Assembly: GCA_964106645.2 (NCBI GenBank)
Contig: OZ067039.1
Reading direction: 5' to 3' (one strand)
Length of the DNA stretch: 64,000 nt
DNA from: Podarcis pityusensis
Lineage: Eukaryota
Both the position numbers and the translations under genes were made by a program. Of the stretch, positions 38,576 to 52,200 are shown in pieces (the first letter of the stretch is position 1; every line of letters begins with the position of its first letter). The notes under the pieces are model-generated. The model searched no databases. It worked only from the letters and a program-made list of their open reading frames with translations, and was not told the DNA's origin.

Positions 38576-39563
38576 CTATAAAAGGCAAATGATATTAAAT
38601 GTCAGAGCTTCAGAGGTCAAATTCTGTATTGCAAAAAACTCTGCAGTTAGCAAATACACACTACTAGGCGTATGTATACCTGCTGCTGCAGAATTTCTGA
38701 TGCTAAGGAAGAATGTTATTTTGCTCTTAAGTCTTTTTCAGCCTTTTCTCTTCGGGCTGCTGCTTTCAGAGGCAGGAAAACTCTACAGTTACCCCTTCAA
38801 GAGACGTGCCTGGTACCAACTGTGTAGTTGCTAAACACACTTTTGTACACCAGGACTACCACCTCAGCCATATCCTGCTAAGGCACATTAATGCTGGGCA
38901 AGGTCAGTTGCAATGAAAGCAATTTCCTGTTCCAAGACTTATCTACCTATTGCAATTTATTCATGTAAAGGAAGGTTGGCTCATAGGAGAAGTGCAATAT
39001 GGAATATGGAAGGGCACTTACAATGACTTGAGTTGTCAAACAAAATAATGAAGGGTGCGTACTTTCTGGTACTGGACTTTTATCATGGCCTTGAGGCCTT
39101 TATAAGAAATGCTAGAAATTGTAAATCTACTTTGAGGATTTCAACATCTTTTTAGCGAAGACTATGAACCAAATCATTAATTTACTTTCAAATGTTGAAG
39201 CAGGTAAAGTTATGAAACTCACCTTATTCTGCATTTTGAAGAAATGCATTTTGCAGATTCTAAAGAGATTTTATTTTGAGAAATTTTCCCTGCTAAAATA
39301 TGTGTTCCTGCTCAATCAATAATATTTCTATTGCCATCAATTTCAAATACAGCAAATTGTGTCATCATGTTTCAATACTGTGAACCTTTGAAAAACTACC
39401 ACCACTTTTCCATTATGTCAGTTTCTATGCAGTTGCTGCCTTGGCCTCCTTTGGAAGGAAGGAAAGGCTGTAAACAGAATAAATAAATAAATTCCACTTA
39501 TAATTTATAACTATGACCATTCATCAACAACTTTCATTAATGTGTATCATAAAGCTTCCTTAC

Positions 39564-39643
39564 CCAGGAAGGTTAGCACTTCTTAAGATCATGTAATCTC
39601 CAGATGATCCTTCGGGAAGTACTACAACATCAGGATACTTATT
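39564..39643 (-). CDS. CENPP: CENPP antepenultimate exon (NKYPDVVVLPEGSSGDYMILRSANLPG)
   Basis: 80 nt, taatag acceptor and gtaagg donor on minus; matches CENP-P KYPD.V.L.EG.S...M..RSA..PG. Confidence 0.93.
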
Positions 39644-39834
39644 CTATTAAATGTAAAAAAAGACAATACTATAGCCAGTCTGTAAAGATATTAATAGGTA
39701 CAATCCTACTGATAAGCCAAATATTAGTTATAGCCTGTCTGCCCCCCCTCCCCCCGGAAGTATACATGAGTTGAGAGTCAATATGAAGTAATATTGAGTA
39801 GACTCTGGACACTGATGATGATCCAACAATTGTG

Positions 39835-40597
39835 ATTTTCAGGTAATTATTATACTTGCATATGTTCTGAAAAATTGCTGAAGACAGAGAGGCTAGGGCC
39901 TAGCATAGCAGAAGATCTACATCTAAGTCCTAATGCCAGCTTCTCTGTTGGGAGGCAGGGGAAGATGGGGTTCCTGCTGCAGGCGGCCTCCCTGCCTTCC
40001 AGGCCACCTATTACTAACTGCCCTGTGAGAAGATACAAGGAGGAGACAGACACCAGATGCCTGCTCCAGACGCACTCATTTTGTTTGGCTTTTTACATAT
40101 CAATTTGCATTTCATAAAAGTTGTAAGCTGTTCTGAGGACTCCAGTTGAAAAGGAGTTATTTACATCTAGTAAATAAATACAATTCTGAACATAAGTGCA
40201 ATGTAGGAAAGTTGTGATAAGCCAGCTTAGACTGCTTGTCCATCTATTCCATTACTGTTTCATCTGACCGGTGGTTTATCTCCACAGTATCAGGCAGGAG
40301 TCTTCCCTGTTATCTGCTTCCTTATTCCTTTTATTGAAGATGCCAGGGATTGAATCTGCGCCTTTCAGTATGCATAGCATGTGGTCTACCACCAAGTTAT
40401 GATCTTTCTAGAGTGAACATAGATTCAGCCTGGTAGTGAGAAGGAACATCTTTTTGGAAGCCTCTTTATGAGGCCTCCCTCTCCAGGACTTAGGATGAAC
40501 CGAGGCAGCAGGTATTTGTGAAATGTAGTTCCCCAAGGCATCTGTGCCCATGGTTTGAACTAGAATTCCAAGGCCTTCTGATGGGTAAGGTGTAGTG
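39835..40597 (+). repeat. Inserted copy of the ~750-bp duplication (CENPP intron), flanked by 28-bp direct repeats
   Basis: Matches 28822-29565; flanks CAC(T/G)GATGATGAT(C/A)CAACAATTGTGATT at 39810-39837 and 40600-40627. Confidence 0.95.
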
Positions 40598-40874
40598 TGC
40601 ACGGATGATGATACAACAATTGTGATTGCACAAAAGACCACTTGAAGAAAAATTCTTATGGGTTGGACATAATGAGACAAGGTGATTTTTTGCCAGTGCC
40701 TCATGCAACCCTCTGGTATGGCCTCCCCACAACCCTCTGTAGCAGGTTTTAGTTGGGCATTGGGGGCTGTAGGGAAATTGGCAAATATGGCCTCCCCACT
40801 TTTCCTCCAACAGAGTTGTTCAGTTAGTGGATTTCCACTCTCACCAAGTCTGGATTTAACAATATAAAAACAAC

Positions 40875-41022
40875 TATCTGACTTTAAGATAGGGCTAAAG
40901 GCAGCCCTGTTTAGGGAAGTTTTTAATGTTTGATGTTGTCGCTTTTTTATTAATATTCTGTTGGGAGCCGCCCAGAGTGGGTGGGGTATGTATGTATGTA
41001 TGTATGTATGTATAAATAAATA
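40875..41022 (+). mobile_element. L2-type LINE 3' end with (TATG)n/(TAAA)n tail
   Basis: aaggcagccctgtttagggaagtttttaatg...gggagccgcccagagtgg...ggggtat followed by a simple-repeat tail. Confidence 0.65.
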
Positions 41023-41433
41023 TTACCATACACCCACATTCACTGGAAAAAAGTCCAAGTACAGCAGACTGTTTCTGCTATGATAAAAAAACCCTTTCCA
41101 TTATTCTTTATTTTGTGTCCAAGTAAGAGGAAGCAAATACTTCTACAGGGAACTTTATATGAGTGTCATGAAATGAATTCTCATATAATTACTTGTGTGT
41201 GTATTAGATCACTTTCAGTTTACCATGCTTGCAGAGAGCTTTGAATTGCATCCTTTTTTTTACACTGTACAGTACTTGGATTTATATCCTGATCATATAA
41301 ACAAATATAAACAAACAAACTGAAGTGATCACTGGAGTTATTATTCCTGAGTAACTGCTGCATTAATAAGCATGATCTAAGCTGAAGATCCTCAAATTGC
41401 TATGATGTGTTTACAAAAAAACCAACCCACATT

Positions 41434-41479
41434 ACAAACAAACAAACAAACAAACAAACAAACAAACAAACAAACAAAC
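41434..41479. repeat. (AAAC)n microsatellite
   Basis: Direct. Confidence 0.95.
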
Positions 41480-42739
41480 CACTTTCTTCCTGCTTGATAT
41501 TTGGCTGGTTTACAGAGTAAGAAATCTTGTGAAATGTGAAAAGAAACTAGTTTAAATTAGTTTACACAGATCAAAGCAGGAAGAGAATAAATGGTAGTGA
41601 TAAAGGGTCAGGATGTTTCTTTGAAGTGCACTGGAGACAAATCATTTTGCAAGATCCTATCTACATCTGGCAAACAGAAATGGCTACCACATGCTCCCTT
41701 TTATTGTTGCTTGGGAATACAATACATTAAACTGCGATCTCAGTGTAATGTGCGGACCTTGCTGCTGGAATCCATATGAACAAGAAAAACAAAAGATGTT
41801 GCACTGAACTGAGTAGTGACAAGAGATTTATTACAAAAAAGGCAGATAATTAGTATGGTATTTTACTACAGTGAGAAAAGCATGGAAGATTATGATGCAA
41901 AATTATGATGCTCAGTACCTAGGCCCAGGGAAGTCCACCCTTCCCTCTTCCCAATAAAACACAGCAAACTGCAGTATGCATATGATTTTGTGACATATTC
42001 AAATTGTGGTTACCTAAGTCAGCAGATTTGGGTCATGATCTAGAGGTGTTTATGTACTGGACTTTTCCAGTACATGAGGAGTTTCCTCCTCGGCAGAGTC
42101 TTCTATAGAACCCCCAGTGTTTGGAATTTGCTTACAGAAACTTCCACTGACAACACAGACTATTTTTGCAAAGGCTGTAGGCAAATAAAATGCTAGACTT
42201 CCTCAAACAATGAATATAAAAAGAAGGGTTTTCTCAAATGTTTTCCAACCTTAACTTGAATGGTCAGCAACTGAGCTGGCAAAGGAAGGTGAAGGGCAGA
42301 CAAAGAAAGGGAACCCACAACAACCCACAATGGTTTTCTCATGGTTATTTTCAGAAATCTTATTCCAGTACGGAACAAATTGGATGGTTAAAGAAAAGAA
42401 CAAAGATCGAAGGAAAGAAGGATAGCATTTTTCTTTGGCTGGTATCTCAGCTGAGGGCCTGTAGTCAACCACTGAATAAGTCTTGCTGCATCAAGTCCTG
42501 CTGGACCAAGCTGTTTTTTATCTTGTATTTTATTTTGTGAACTTCCCTGAGATCTTTTGATGAAGGGCTGTATATTTTTCCCCTTCAGACCTTGTTTCCT
42601 TCCTGTGCCCCCCCCATGCTATCTGAGGTTCTACCGCCCTAACAAAAGCCTGCCCCCTAACAAAAATCCTGGCCACGCCCATGCCCCCTCCTAGTCCTAC
42701 CGGTAGAAAGGTAGCTATTTAAATGTTTTCTTTGTAAAT

Positions 42740-43350
42740 TATGACTGGTAGCCACTGGTAGCCTTATCCTCCATGAATTTGCCTAAATCTCTTTTAAAGC
42801 CATTCAGGTTGATGTAAATCATAACATATTTAAGAATGAATTCCACAGTAACAGTGCACTGTATTTCCTGTTATCTGTCCTGAAACTTCCAACGTACAGC
42901 TTCACTGGATGACCTCAGCTTCTGCTATCATGAGAGACTGAAAACTTCTATGTACTTTTTCACAGCATTCCTTATTGTCTGTTCTCATTTCTTTTGTCAA
43001 AGTTTGTATTTCTTTTTATTCCCTACATTTAGACAAAACTTCTATTTTTCAAAGGAAGCCTTATTGTGCCCAGATAGTTCCCTTTACTCTTTGTGGCCCT
43101 GGTCTGCAGCATACATTCTAGCTGAGTAGAGTATCTAGCAAGAATTACAGAGAAATTTGACCTGCTTCACTTTCCCTTTCAGCTTCCTTTTTACCAATCC
43201 TGTCATTTTTGGGAAGCTTCCTTTTCTGAACTCAGAAGTTACTGGACTTCCTTGGCAATTTCCCCACATAAATATGTGTTGAACTTGATAGCACTGGGGT
43301 CATTATTAGTTTAATAGCACTTACATCTCACACCAAGTCCTGGGCATAAG
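42740..43350 (-). mobile_element. CR1 LINE fragments (3' region ~42740-42965; ORF2 fragment ~42970-43350)
   Basis: Similar to 62545-63250; minus strand reads KGSFPKMTGLVKRKLKGKVKQVK, a CR1 ORF2-like segment. Confidence 0.7.
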
Positions 43351-46300
43351 CCATAAATAACTAAAAACCTAGCTACAGCTTTCAGACATTGGTTACTTTG
43401 GATGATTTTTGCAACTTCAACTTCCTTGACATGTTCCTAAGACAAAGGAAATGGATTCCCCAACAAAAAGTTCTAGAATATTCACAGGACCTTTTTCAAC
43501 AGAGACAGAGATTCACATGTTGACAACCTCCATTCTTAGAAGTCCTGGATAAAAAAATATGATTGTGTTAGGATTTCCTCACAGGAATGGAAAAACTTTC
43601 ATATCCAAGGTGAAAAGCAATCACTCATCTTTTAATGTTTCTACACCTTTGGGAGATAACAAAGAAATATCTGTAGTCCACATTTGATGAAACAGAATTG
43701 AAGATTTCCAATAAGACACATGTTTCAGTTTAGCACACAGACAAACCCAGCTGTGGTATGCATATTTGTTCCAAACAACTTTTGAAACTGTCAGTTTTGA
43801 GAGAGAGCCTGCCCTTTTAAGGTCTGCATAGAAGGGAGACTTCTATGATGTCCATCTTTATCCATCACTGCAAGTTGATGGCAAGACCTGTACCTAGTGA
43901 AGTTCTCCTGTCAGCATAGAAAATGTGATTCTGAAAGAAGACATATCAGTCATTGCAACACTGTAGTTGGAAAAGCCACCCCTAGATGCTTTTAGGTCTC
44001 GGCCTGGACAACCTACCCAGAGCTTGTTCCAGATCTCATGTAACTGTCCTCAATTTTTTGTTCCCTTTCAGAATATGCCATACAGTCTGCAGAAGCTGCA
44101 TATTGATGTGACACCTATCTCTTCTCACCTACCTTCCACTAGCTGCTGTCGAGACAATAATACTATTGAGCAACAACTAATTTAACTTATTGCTAATTTA
44201 ACTTATTAGGCTCTGGCTCTTAAACTCCTGGATGCTCTAGGAACACCTAGCTATAAAAATAATGTTCTAAACATTTTGCTAGTGCCGGGAGAAAGCATTT
44301 TCAGGTGGTGTATATTATTTTCTCACTCACCCAAACTGAAAGCCTAAAACTGATATCCAGTAATTAGAGCACACTGCTTATAAGCTTGATGTGGGACATG
44401 TGGTTGGGTGTCCTTCCTCTTATATAGACTGCTGAAAGCAAATAGCTGAGTAGTAACTTATCATGGTGTACACACAAGGGATATCTGGTAAGTGTGTACT
44501 CTTCTGGAAAGTGGCGACTCATCTCTTGTCAGGAGAATACAGATGACTGGTGGTCACATACAGTGTGGTCAATTATCATTTGGTAAATGATCACCTATAT
44601 TCACCCCCCTCTGCAGATGCAGAACAACCAGAAGAAGGGCGATGGAGAAGAATCATCAACAGAGACTGCTTTCCAAAGTTAGACTCAGCTGTCATATGTG
44701 TGAAGGCATGCAGGCCTCTGTTGAACAACTCCACTTAGGTAGATGAGAACACTTTCCTAATCCCTTTCAATCGCATTGATCTTACAGTGGATTGGACTTT
44801 GCTTAAAACAGAGGTGGTTAACCTTTGGCTTGCCAGATGTTGCTGGGCTGCAGCCCATGCTGGCTGGGGCTGATGGGAGTTTGAGTCTAGTAACAGCTGG
44901 ATGGCCAAGATTAGCCACCCCTAAATTAAAGGGTAATTTTCCATCCAATAAATCTGTGACCTAACTAAATAAAGGAGAAATGGGAAGCTAAACTTTAAAA
45001 ACAACACTGTGAATGCTTCCCAATCCATGAAAAATATGTTTCTCTAGTTTCAGTGCCAATTGTATTACAGTTTCAAGGACTTTTTAAAGGGTAGGCAACT
45101 GATTCATTCTACAACTCAGCTGGGTTAAAAAAAGTGCATGTCAGACACCTCAGAATGTACACCGTTTTTGTTATTGGAGTAGATGAGGAAATGGAAAGTA
45201 TTTTTGGTTGAACCAAACACTTCACTTCATTTGAAAATCCATTATTTTTCCAGGATCTGGTTATACTTTGTAGCAAGTTAAGAGTTTAAATGGATGTTCC
45301 TGGGATTTTAGAAACATTAAGTAACTGCCCTGTCTGGAATTGTTTTCCAAGTCTCACAAGCACTGTCAGCTACAACAGATGCCAAAACCAAACTGACTGA
45401 GTAAGAACTTTAGTTTGTACTTACTAGTTGATTTTTTATTTTTTATTACCTTTGTGCCTCTCCCACTCCCAACATAAAAGTTGTGTAAAATGTAGAATCT
45501 ATTGAGTTGGAGATTTTTGCATAATTGTAACATAATCCCAGGGTATATTCTGGAGGCACACGAAGCCACCATCTTGCTGAAGATGAGCAAGCAAGATAGA
45601 AAAGCACCTGGAATTTACGTGTATACTTTGGGTCCTTGGTGATGTGATTGGCAAATCACATCACATTGGGTTCCTTGACAGAAGAAAGGCCAGATAAAAA
45701 TGTAGTAATTTTTTTGGAAGTATACTTATATCATAATTTTTTTACACCAGGTTTATATCCACCCAACTCTTTGCTGGATTATAGTCAATATCTATGGAAA
45801 GTTGTATCTCACATTCTTTTCAGCACAGAAAATCTCATCAGAAAGTGGATGGAACAGCAAAGTGATAGTACAAAAGGACTTCTTAATTCCTATAGTGCTA
45901 TGGTCTGAAAAAGTTAAAGATCCATTAATCGCTTTTTCAGGTCACACCCCTTCACCACAATTTAGCATTTTGTAATGGGAATGCTGTGTGATTATTTGCA
46001 GTCCATGTGCTATTGCTGTCATCATGACATTTTAGAATCAAATAAAAGCAATCTGAAATTTGACTACTTAAGCTCTGTACCACAAATTTAAATTTAACAT
46101 GTCGCAACAAATGTAGCTACTGAAACAGCAATACAAAACAAGAAAGAAACAGCACACATACGGTTTGTGTGACTTATACTGGAAAAAGTGATGGATTAAG
46201 ACTTAAACCTCAAGGACTTTTAAATTAAAATCATCTGAACAAAGAATGTAAATTAAAAAAACATGAATGTTATAGCTTAAATACAATTACATAGTCAGCA

Positions 46301-47535
46301 GTTTTTCATAGAGCAGACTAGAGGATTGTTTAGTATACAGCACATGGAAAATATTAAATGTAGACACCACCACCATCGAGAATTTTATAAGCTACACAAA
46401 GTAACACACATTTACAGACACAATTCCTTTAATTTCCAAGGGGAAGCTGTGTTAGTTTGTTGGAAAAACAACAATAAGTCTTTTGGCACCTTAAAGATTA
46501 ACCAAATAATTTAATATGACATAAACTTTTATGGACTAGAGTCCCCTACATCAGATGAATGGAGTGCAACCCTCATTTTACCTGCAACTGAAGGTGACAC
46601 TTCATGCACAATCAATTATGCCCTATTTAGATATGTTAGTTTTCAAGGTATCACAAGACTCTCCATTATTTATTTCCTTAATGGAAAGCCAGAGTATGAA
46701 ATTCTATAACCCATTCTATTGATGTGCTGTTTCCTCAACTTTGAAACACAGTGTTGGTAGTAGGTTACCTTACTATCTCACAGATGCAACAAATGTGCAG
46801 AGGTGCCAATCCTCAGAGCCAAGGCTTTCCTACCCATGGAACATCCAATGAGGCTGGACTCACTGAAAAGGGTTAACTGTAAATAATCTGAAGTAAGCAT
46901 TGCTTGTTAGATTAAAAACCAGACCTTATAGGTTCATTAATCCTTGTTGGTTATCTTGGATTTCAAGGGCTGTTCCATGCCTAGCATTATTATGCTTAAT
47001 AATTAAGACTGGTGTTCATACAAACTTCTGTGTTCCACTGCATTAGCAGATTCCAGAAGTGTGGCTGTGTTAGGCTGTTGTAGATTAAAATCGAAAGTTT
47101 TTAACCTACTAGAGCATCGTTTATCTGATAGATAACTTCAAAAATATATATTAGCCTAGGTTCTGTCAGTTTAAATGCTAATTAGTCACAAGAATGTACA
47201 AAATATAGCTGTATTGGGTGGGGTGGGGTGGAAGAAGAATTAAGATCCAATTTGTGGTTGGGAAGAGTTAAGATACTGGTGCCAAGAAGTTTAGAATTTT
47301 TTTCACATCTTTTCCCATGCTCTTGGGACAGACACAAATGATAGTACTTACCCAGTTTACTGACTCAGAAAATTCCCTTGATAATAATTGTGGTTTTTAA
47401 AAATTATATATAACAATACATTAGTATTGTTTGGAAGGAAATATACTATATCATCAGCCAAAGTTCCAGTTGCTGTTATAAAGGTTTTTATAAAAAACTC
47501 TTTCTCAGAAAGGAAGGCCACTTCCCCAAGGAGTA

Positions 47536-47898
47536 CCCGTATTTTTTGCACCATGACACTCACTTTTTTCCTCATAGAAAGTAAGGGGAAATGTCTGTGC
47601 GTGTTATGGAGCAAATGCCTGCGGGTGGTGGTGGGGATCTGCTGCAGTCGTGAGCAGAGGATCCATGGTTCCCCTTCCTTCCCTCCTCCGTGGTTACAAA
47701 GCATGGATCCACATGGATCCTCAGGATTTTTGCATTGGGCTACTCCAAACTCACTGTCAGATCACATGTCTGTGGCCACAGCATGAACCACAAAAATCAT
47801 ATAATCCACTATTTCGTTTAGAATTTTTTTTTGTTTTCCTCCTCTAAAAACTACGTGTGTGTTATGGTCTGGTGCGTGTTATAGAGCGAAAAAAACGG
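47536..47898. mobile_element. Tc2/Mariner-like MITE
   Basis: TA-CCCGTATTTTTTGCACCATGACAC ... GTGTTATAGAGCGAAAAAAACGG-TA imperfect TIRs; internal GGATCC palindromes. Confidence 0.75.
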
Positions 47899-48946
47899 TA
47901 ATCCCCAGTTGTCTCACCAGCCATTGTCCACTTCTGTTCTGTTCCCCTTTCTTTTAGATAGCACACATAGTTTCCCCTCTCCACATTTTAGTATCACAAT
48001 AACTGTGTGAGATAGGTTACAGTTAAACTATCGGTAACTGATGTGGCAAACTGTGCACACATAAAAACTTAATCTGCTTCAAAACAGCCTATTTGCGAGA
48101 TAACACCCTCAGCTGGAAACATCCCTTATGTCCTCATTGCAAATATGCATGGATTCACTGGGCAAGATGGTTACTGAGGAGTTAGTGAACAGAACTGAGC
48201 AAACCATCATTCTCTGTATTATTCACTGCTTTAAAAGGACAAGGAAAACGAGAGTAGTCCTTCCTTTCATACTCTTAATAGAAATATGGCATCCTATAGT
48301 CAGGGCTTGAAGTTACTTGTATCTCTCACAGTTGTAAATATAACAAAACTTTCTCAAAAGGGCTGTCACATGATGTCTTTCCAAATGAAAGATACTTTTG
48401 ACTTCTTTTGACACTAAGTGTATTCATGCAGAGGACAATAAATGGCAGAAATAACTGAAAGAGATACTATTGTTGTACAAGTTGCCTAACAACCAAAACA
48501 GAGATATGGCACAGGAATGCTTTTCAATGCCCTTAGTGCAGCACTTCAGAGGCTGGGTATAATATTCATCAACTTGGTATGAAACTATTCTAAAATGTTG
48601 TTTATGTACACATTCCTGTTCAAGACTTAAGTGCACTGGACAAAAGGAGGGTTCCCCCTCCCAACCCAAAATGAGATTCTGTAGGCTGCTTTTAAATAGC
48701 TGCAGAAACACTATGCCAAATTTACGTAAGAAGACTGTACTACGACATGTACTGAAACTTCAGATTTTGTGGGAAACAACACTGTTCTCTAGAACATTTT
48801 AAAAAGTAGTAATGCATTTTCAAGACTGGCAAATTAGAAGTGGTTCAGAAGAGAGCTTTGAAGATGTGGGGTAGGCTTAGTTTAGTCCTAGAACAAACTA
48901 TATATTAGGAGGCTTACTTTGGTCAGAATCGAGTATATACTTCCAG

Positions 48947-49240
48947 GTAAAGGGACCCCTGACCATTAGGTTCAGTCGTGGCCGACTCTGGGGTTGTGGC
49001 ACTCATCTTGCTTTATTGGCCGAGGGAGCCGGTGTACGGCTTCTGGGTCATGTGGCCAGCATGACTAAGCCGCTTCTGGCAAACCAGAGCAGCGCACGGA
49101 AACATCTTTCGAACTGCTAGGTTGGCAGGAACAGGGACCAAGCAACGGGAGCTCACCCCGTCGCAGGGATTTAAACCGCCAACCTTCTGATCGGCAAGTC
49201 CTAGGCTCTGTGGTTTAACCCACAGTGCCACCCGTGTCCT
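48947..49240 (-). mobile_element. Sauria SINE, internally deleted
   Basis: GTAAAGGGACCCCTGACCATTAGG...GGTTTAACCCACAGTGCCACCCGTGTCC; perfect 13-bp TSD TATATACTTCCAG (48934-48946, 49241-49253). Confidence 0.9.
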
Positions 49241-52200
49241 TATATACTTCCAGAGTTAATGCTAAATACATTACTTCTGGTAAATGAGCCATCATAGCCA
49301 CCAGAGGGCCATGAAAATTTGTGTACCGGGCCTTTTAAACTCAGCTTCCCATAGAACTTATATTCCACTTTCCCCCTCCACAAAGGAATTGCTCAAAGTG
49401 GCTTACAAATATAAAGGCAATCATAAGAGCACAACTATTAAAACACATTTGAGATGCTGATATTGCTTTCATATCAATACTTTGGCATAGTCTAGAATCG
49501 TAAACGCTATTTTTTTTGGCTAAAAGAAACTTCAACATTTCTTCAAGAAGCTTTATGAAGCTTGTAGAGCTTATTTTCTTGTTGTTAAAGAGTGTTCAGG
49601 TACCTTTTAAATTATGCACACATGCCTTAATATTGGAGGGAATTGCTATCAAGACTAACTCAAACCATGTCTGAAGTTTCAGGTAGTCTGGATGCAAGTT
49701 ATTGCACTTCTGAATATTATGTGCAGCATAATGCTATAAAATTTTCTTGATGAAAAGCTTGGGTAAATTAAAATAATTACCTCAACACTTGGCATTCTGT
49801 GTTAGATCCTGCCTTTATGCAACAGATATTGTCTAAAAAGCCCAACACTAACATCATTGTCATGAAAGAAACAAGACCGGCTTTTAAGCTTGAGCAGTTT
49901 TTCAGGAATGCAACCCATTTTCTTTTTGTCCCAAAGAAGATATTTGTGATATGAGAGAGTTTCATTACTTTGTTTTCCCCCAACTCATACAAATGAATTC
50001 CAACTCCCTCTCTCTTTTCTTTTTATACCCAAAGTTTCATCTGGTAATTTAGTATCACAGGCACTTCACTTTGTATATCTCTTCAGGTTGTTTTACATAG
50101 AGCAAAGTAATTAAATAATGTTTTCTCTGTATGCACTTTTGATGATGATCACAAAAATGTACAACAGTCTTATTAACTAATGTGGTGGGTACTGCCGAGA
50201 TTATTATTTTTTAGATTAGGCATTTGACAGAAATGGAAAATTCCTGAGTTATGGTGAGGATGCCATCATGAAAACAATCAAGTGACCCAGTCTTAAATTT
50301 GGATGTGTTGCCCAGAGACTTTGAAATCCCTGATCAACAATAAATATCACATCACATATACAATATACTCATATCACCAAAAGGTTCCAATCTTGCTTTA
50401 GACGCAGAGTTGCCAGCTGGGATTGGGAAGAGTTTTGAGTGTATCTCAGAAAGGCTGAGACAACCAGTAAAATGCGCTGGTTAGTCTGAATATCTGGAGT
50501 ACAGGTATGGTGAAGAAGGAAAGTATAGAGAGAGAACACTTCCCAGGATGTGATTCCCCTTGTTCACAACCCCAGTGTAGGCTTGGGTACTGCATGCCCT
50601 GCAAGCAGAAATAACCTGCATGTGGAACTCTGTCCCAGATGGCCCAGACTTCTGTAAGTGAGATTCTAGAGACCTTGCCATTTCCTGCTCTGGTTCTGTG
50701 GTTCTGTGCTATGACAAGAAAGGTGGGCTCCACATACACATTTGCCTCTGGAGGCTGAATGAAGATGCCAGTGACACAGTGTCCCACAATCCCAATGAAG
50801 GCCTCTGCCCTCTGTCATTCATGCCTATGACTCAAGGAGTGGCTCATGGTAAGAGTACAAACTCATCATGTAATGCCATCTTTCACAAACACAAGAAGGA
50901 TATTACAAATTTAAGTGCAAATATTCTGAATAAGTTGAAGGGAGAACTATTACTTTATTGATTTATTTCACTATGGGTTGGAGTCTGAATTTATTATCAT
51001 GGGCTGAATGGAGTTCTACTCATCCCAGCACCACCTCCCATGCTGTTCTGGGATGGTTCAGGGGGGTATTTTTACTTTAAGCAATTTTATCACAAAATCT
51101 TCAAAGACAGGGAGGGTTGAGTTTCAAATATGCTGTTATGAAAGAGGAAAAAGAGTTTTTGAGAAGCTCAGGGATCAAAGCCGAGAATTGGTTAGATGAG
51201 GTTTTCTGAACTCTCTTGCTGGGATAACTGGGCAATATCACCATGTGAAAAATATCAGAAAGCCATAAATTAGCTATTAAATTTCTGTACTTCTTTGAAT
51301 CCTATTGAATCTTTGTCTAAAGAAAGCAAATTCTTCCTCATATGTACGCACTAGACAGTTTCATGTTGAGCTTGAAGAGTCTTACTTTACAACTGAATGT
51401 TCACATGCTATGACTACATATGTTTCCTATTTATTCATTGATGAGATGAAAATCTGACTAAAGTGCTTTATTTGATGTTTAGTGTTAAATCAAAAGCATA
51501 TTAAATGTACTAAACCAAGGTAGAATATGCTTCAAAAACAATTTGAAAACCTGTGAGAAATTTCTGATTCCTGTAGAAGTCAGTGTCAGAATATGAATTA
51601 TATATATTGGATATGGCAGAGTAGATACGATTTATGTCCTGACACTTCTACATTTTCAACCCAAGGCTTGCATTTCCCTATGAGCAACTTTTCAGAGGCC
51701 AAATGCCAATGGTGAACATGGCCAGAGGCAAAAGTGGGTGAGGTAACTGATGCAACTCTTTTGTTTGAACAGTAGGCTACATTTCAGCCATGAAAAAGCC
51801 AGAGGCTTCTACACTCCCTCCTCATATCTCTTCATCTTCCATCCAGGCATTATCACAGTTCAAGTACACATTCCAGTCAGGCAAAAGCACTCAAGGAGGA
51901 TGCGGAGCAAAGTCAGTGAGGAACTGTGGCTTGGGAAAGAGGTGTAGCCTAGGAAATTTCCCAAGAATCTGGTAGAAAAGCTGGGAGGAATGCATTTGTC
52001 TTACCCACCTTCTAGGCCTTAAGTTCCCTGCATAATTATAGCGAGTTCCAGAGCATAATTATAGCCATTATGGGTGGATGCTACAGACTTCTGATTCTAT
52101 TGCAATTAGAAAATAGTGTTGGTGGCATCCATTTGTCTCGGGAGACAATGGAGGAATGCACATTTGGGGGTGAAAATGGAATCCTGCAAACTGTTCAGTT

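Noticed and set aside
39813-39870. TGATGA...CTGA, resembling a box C/D snoRNA
   Set aside because: No terminal stem; the motif spans the insertion junction, is part of the TSD, and is antisense to the host intron.
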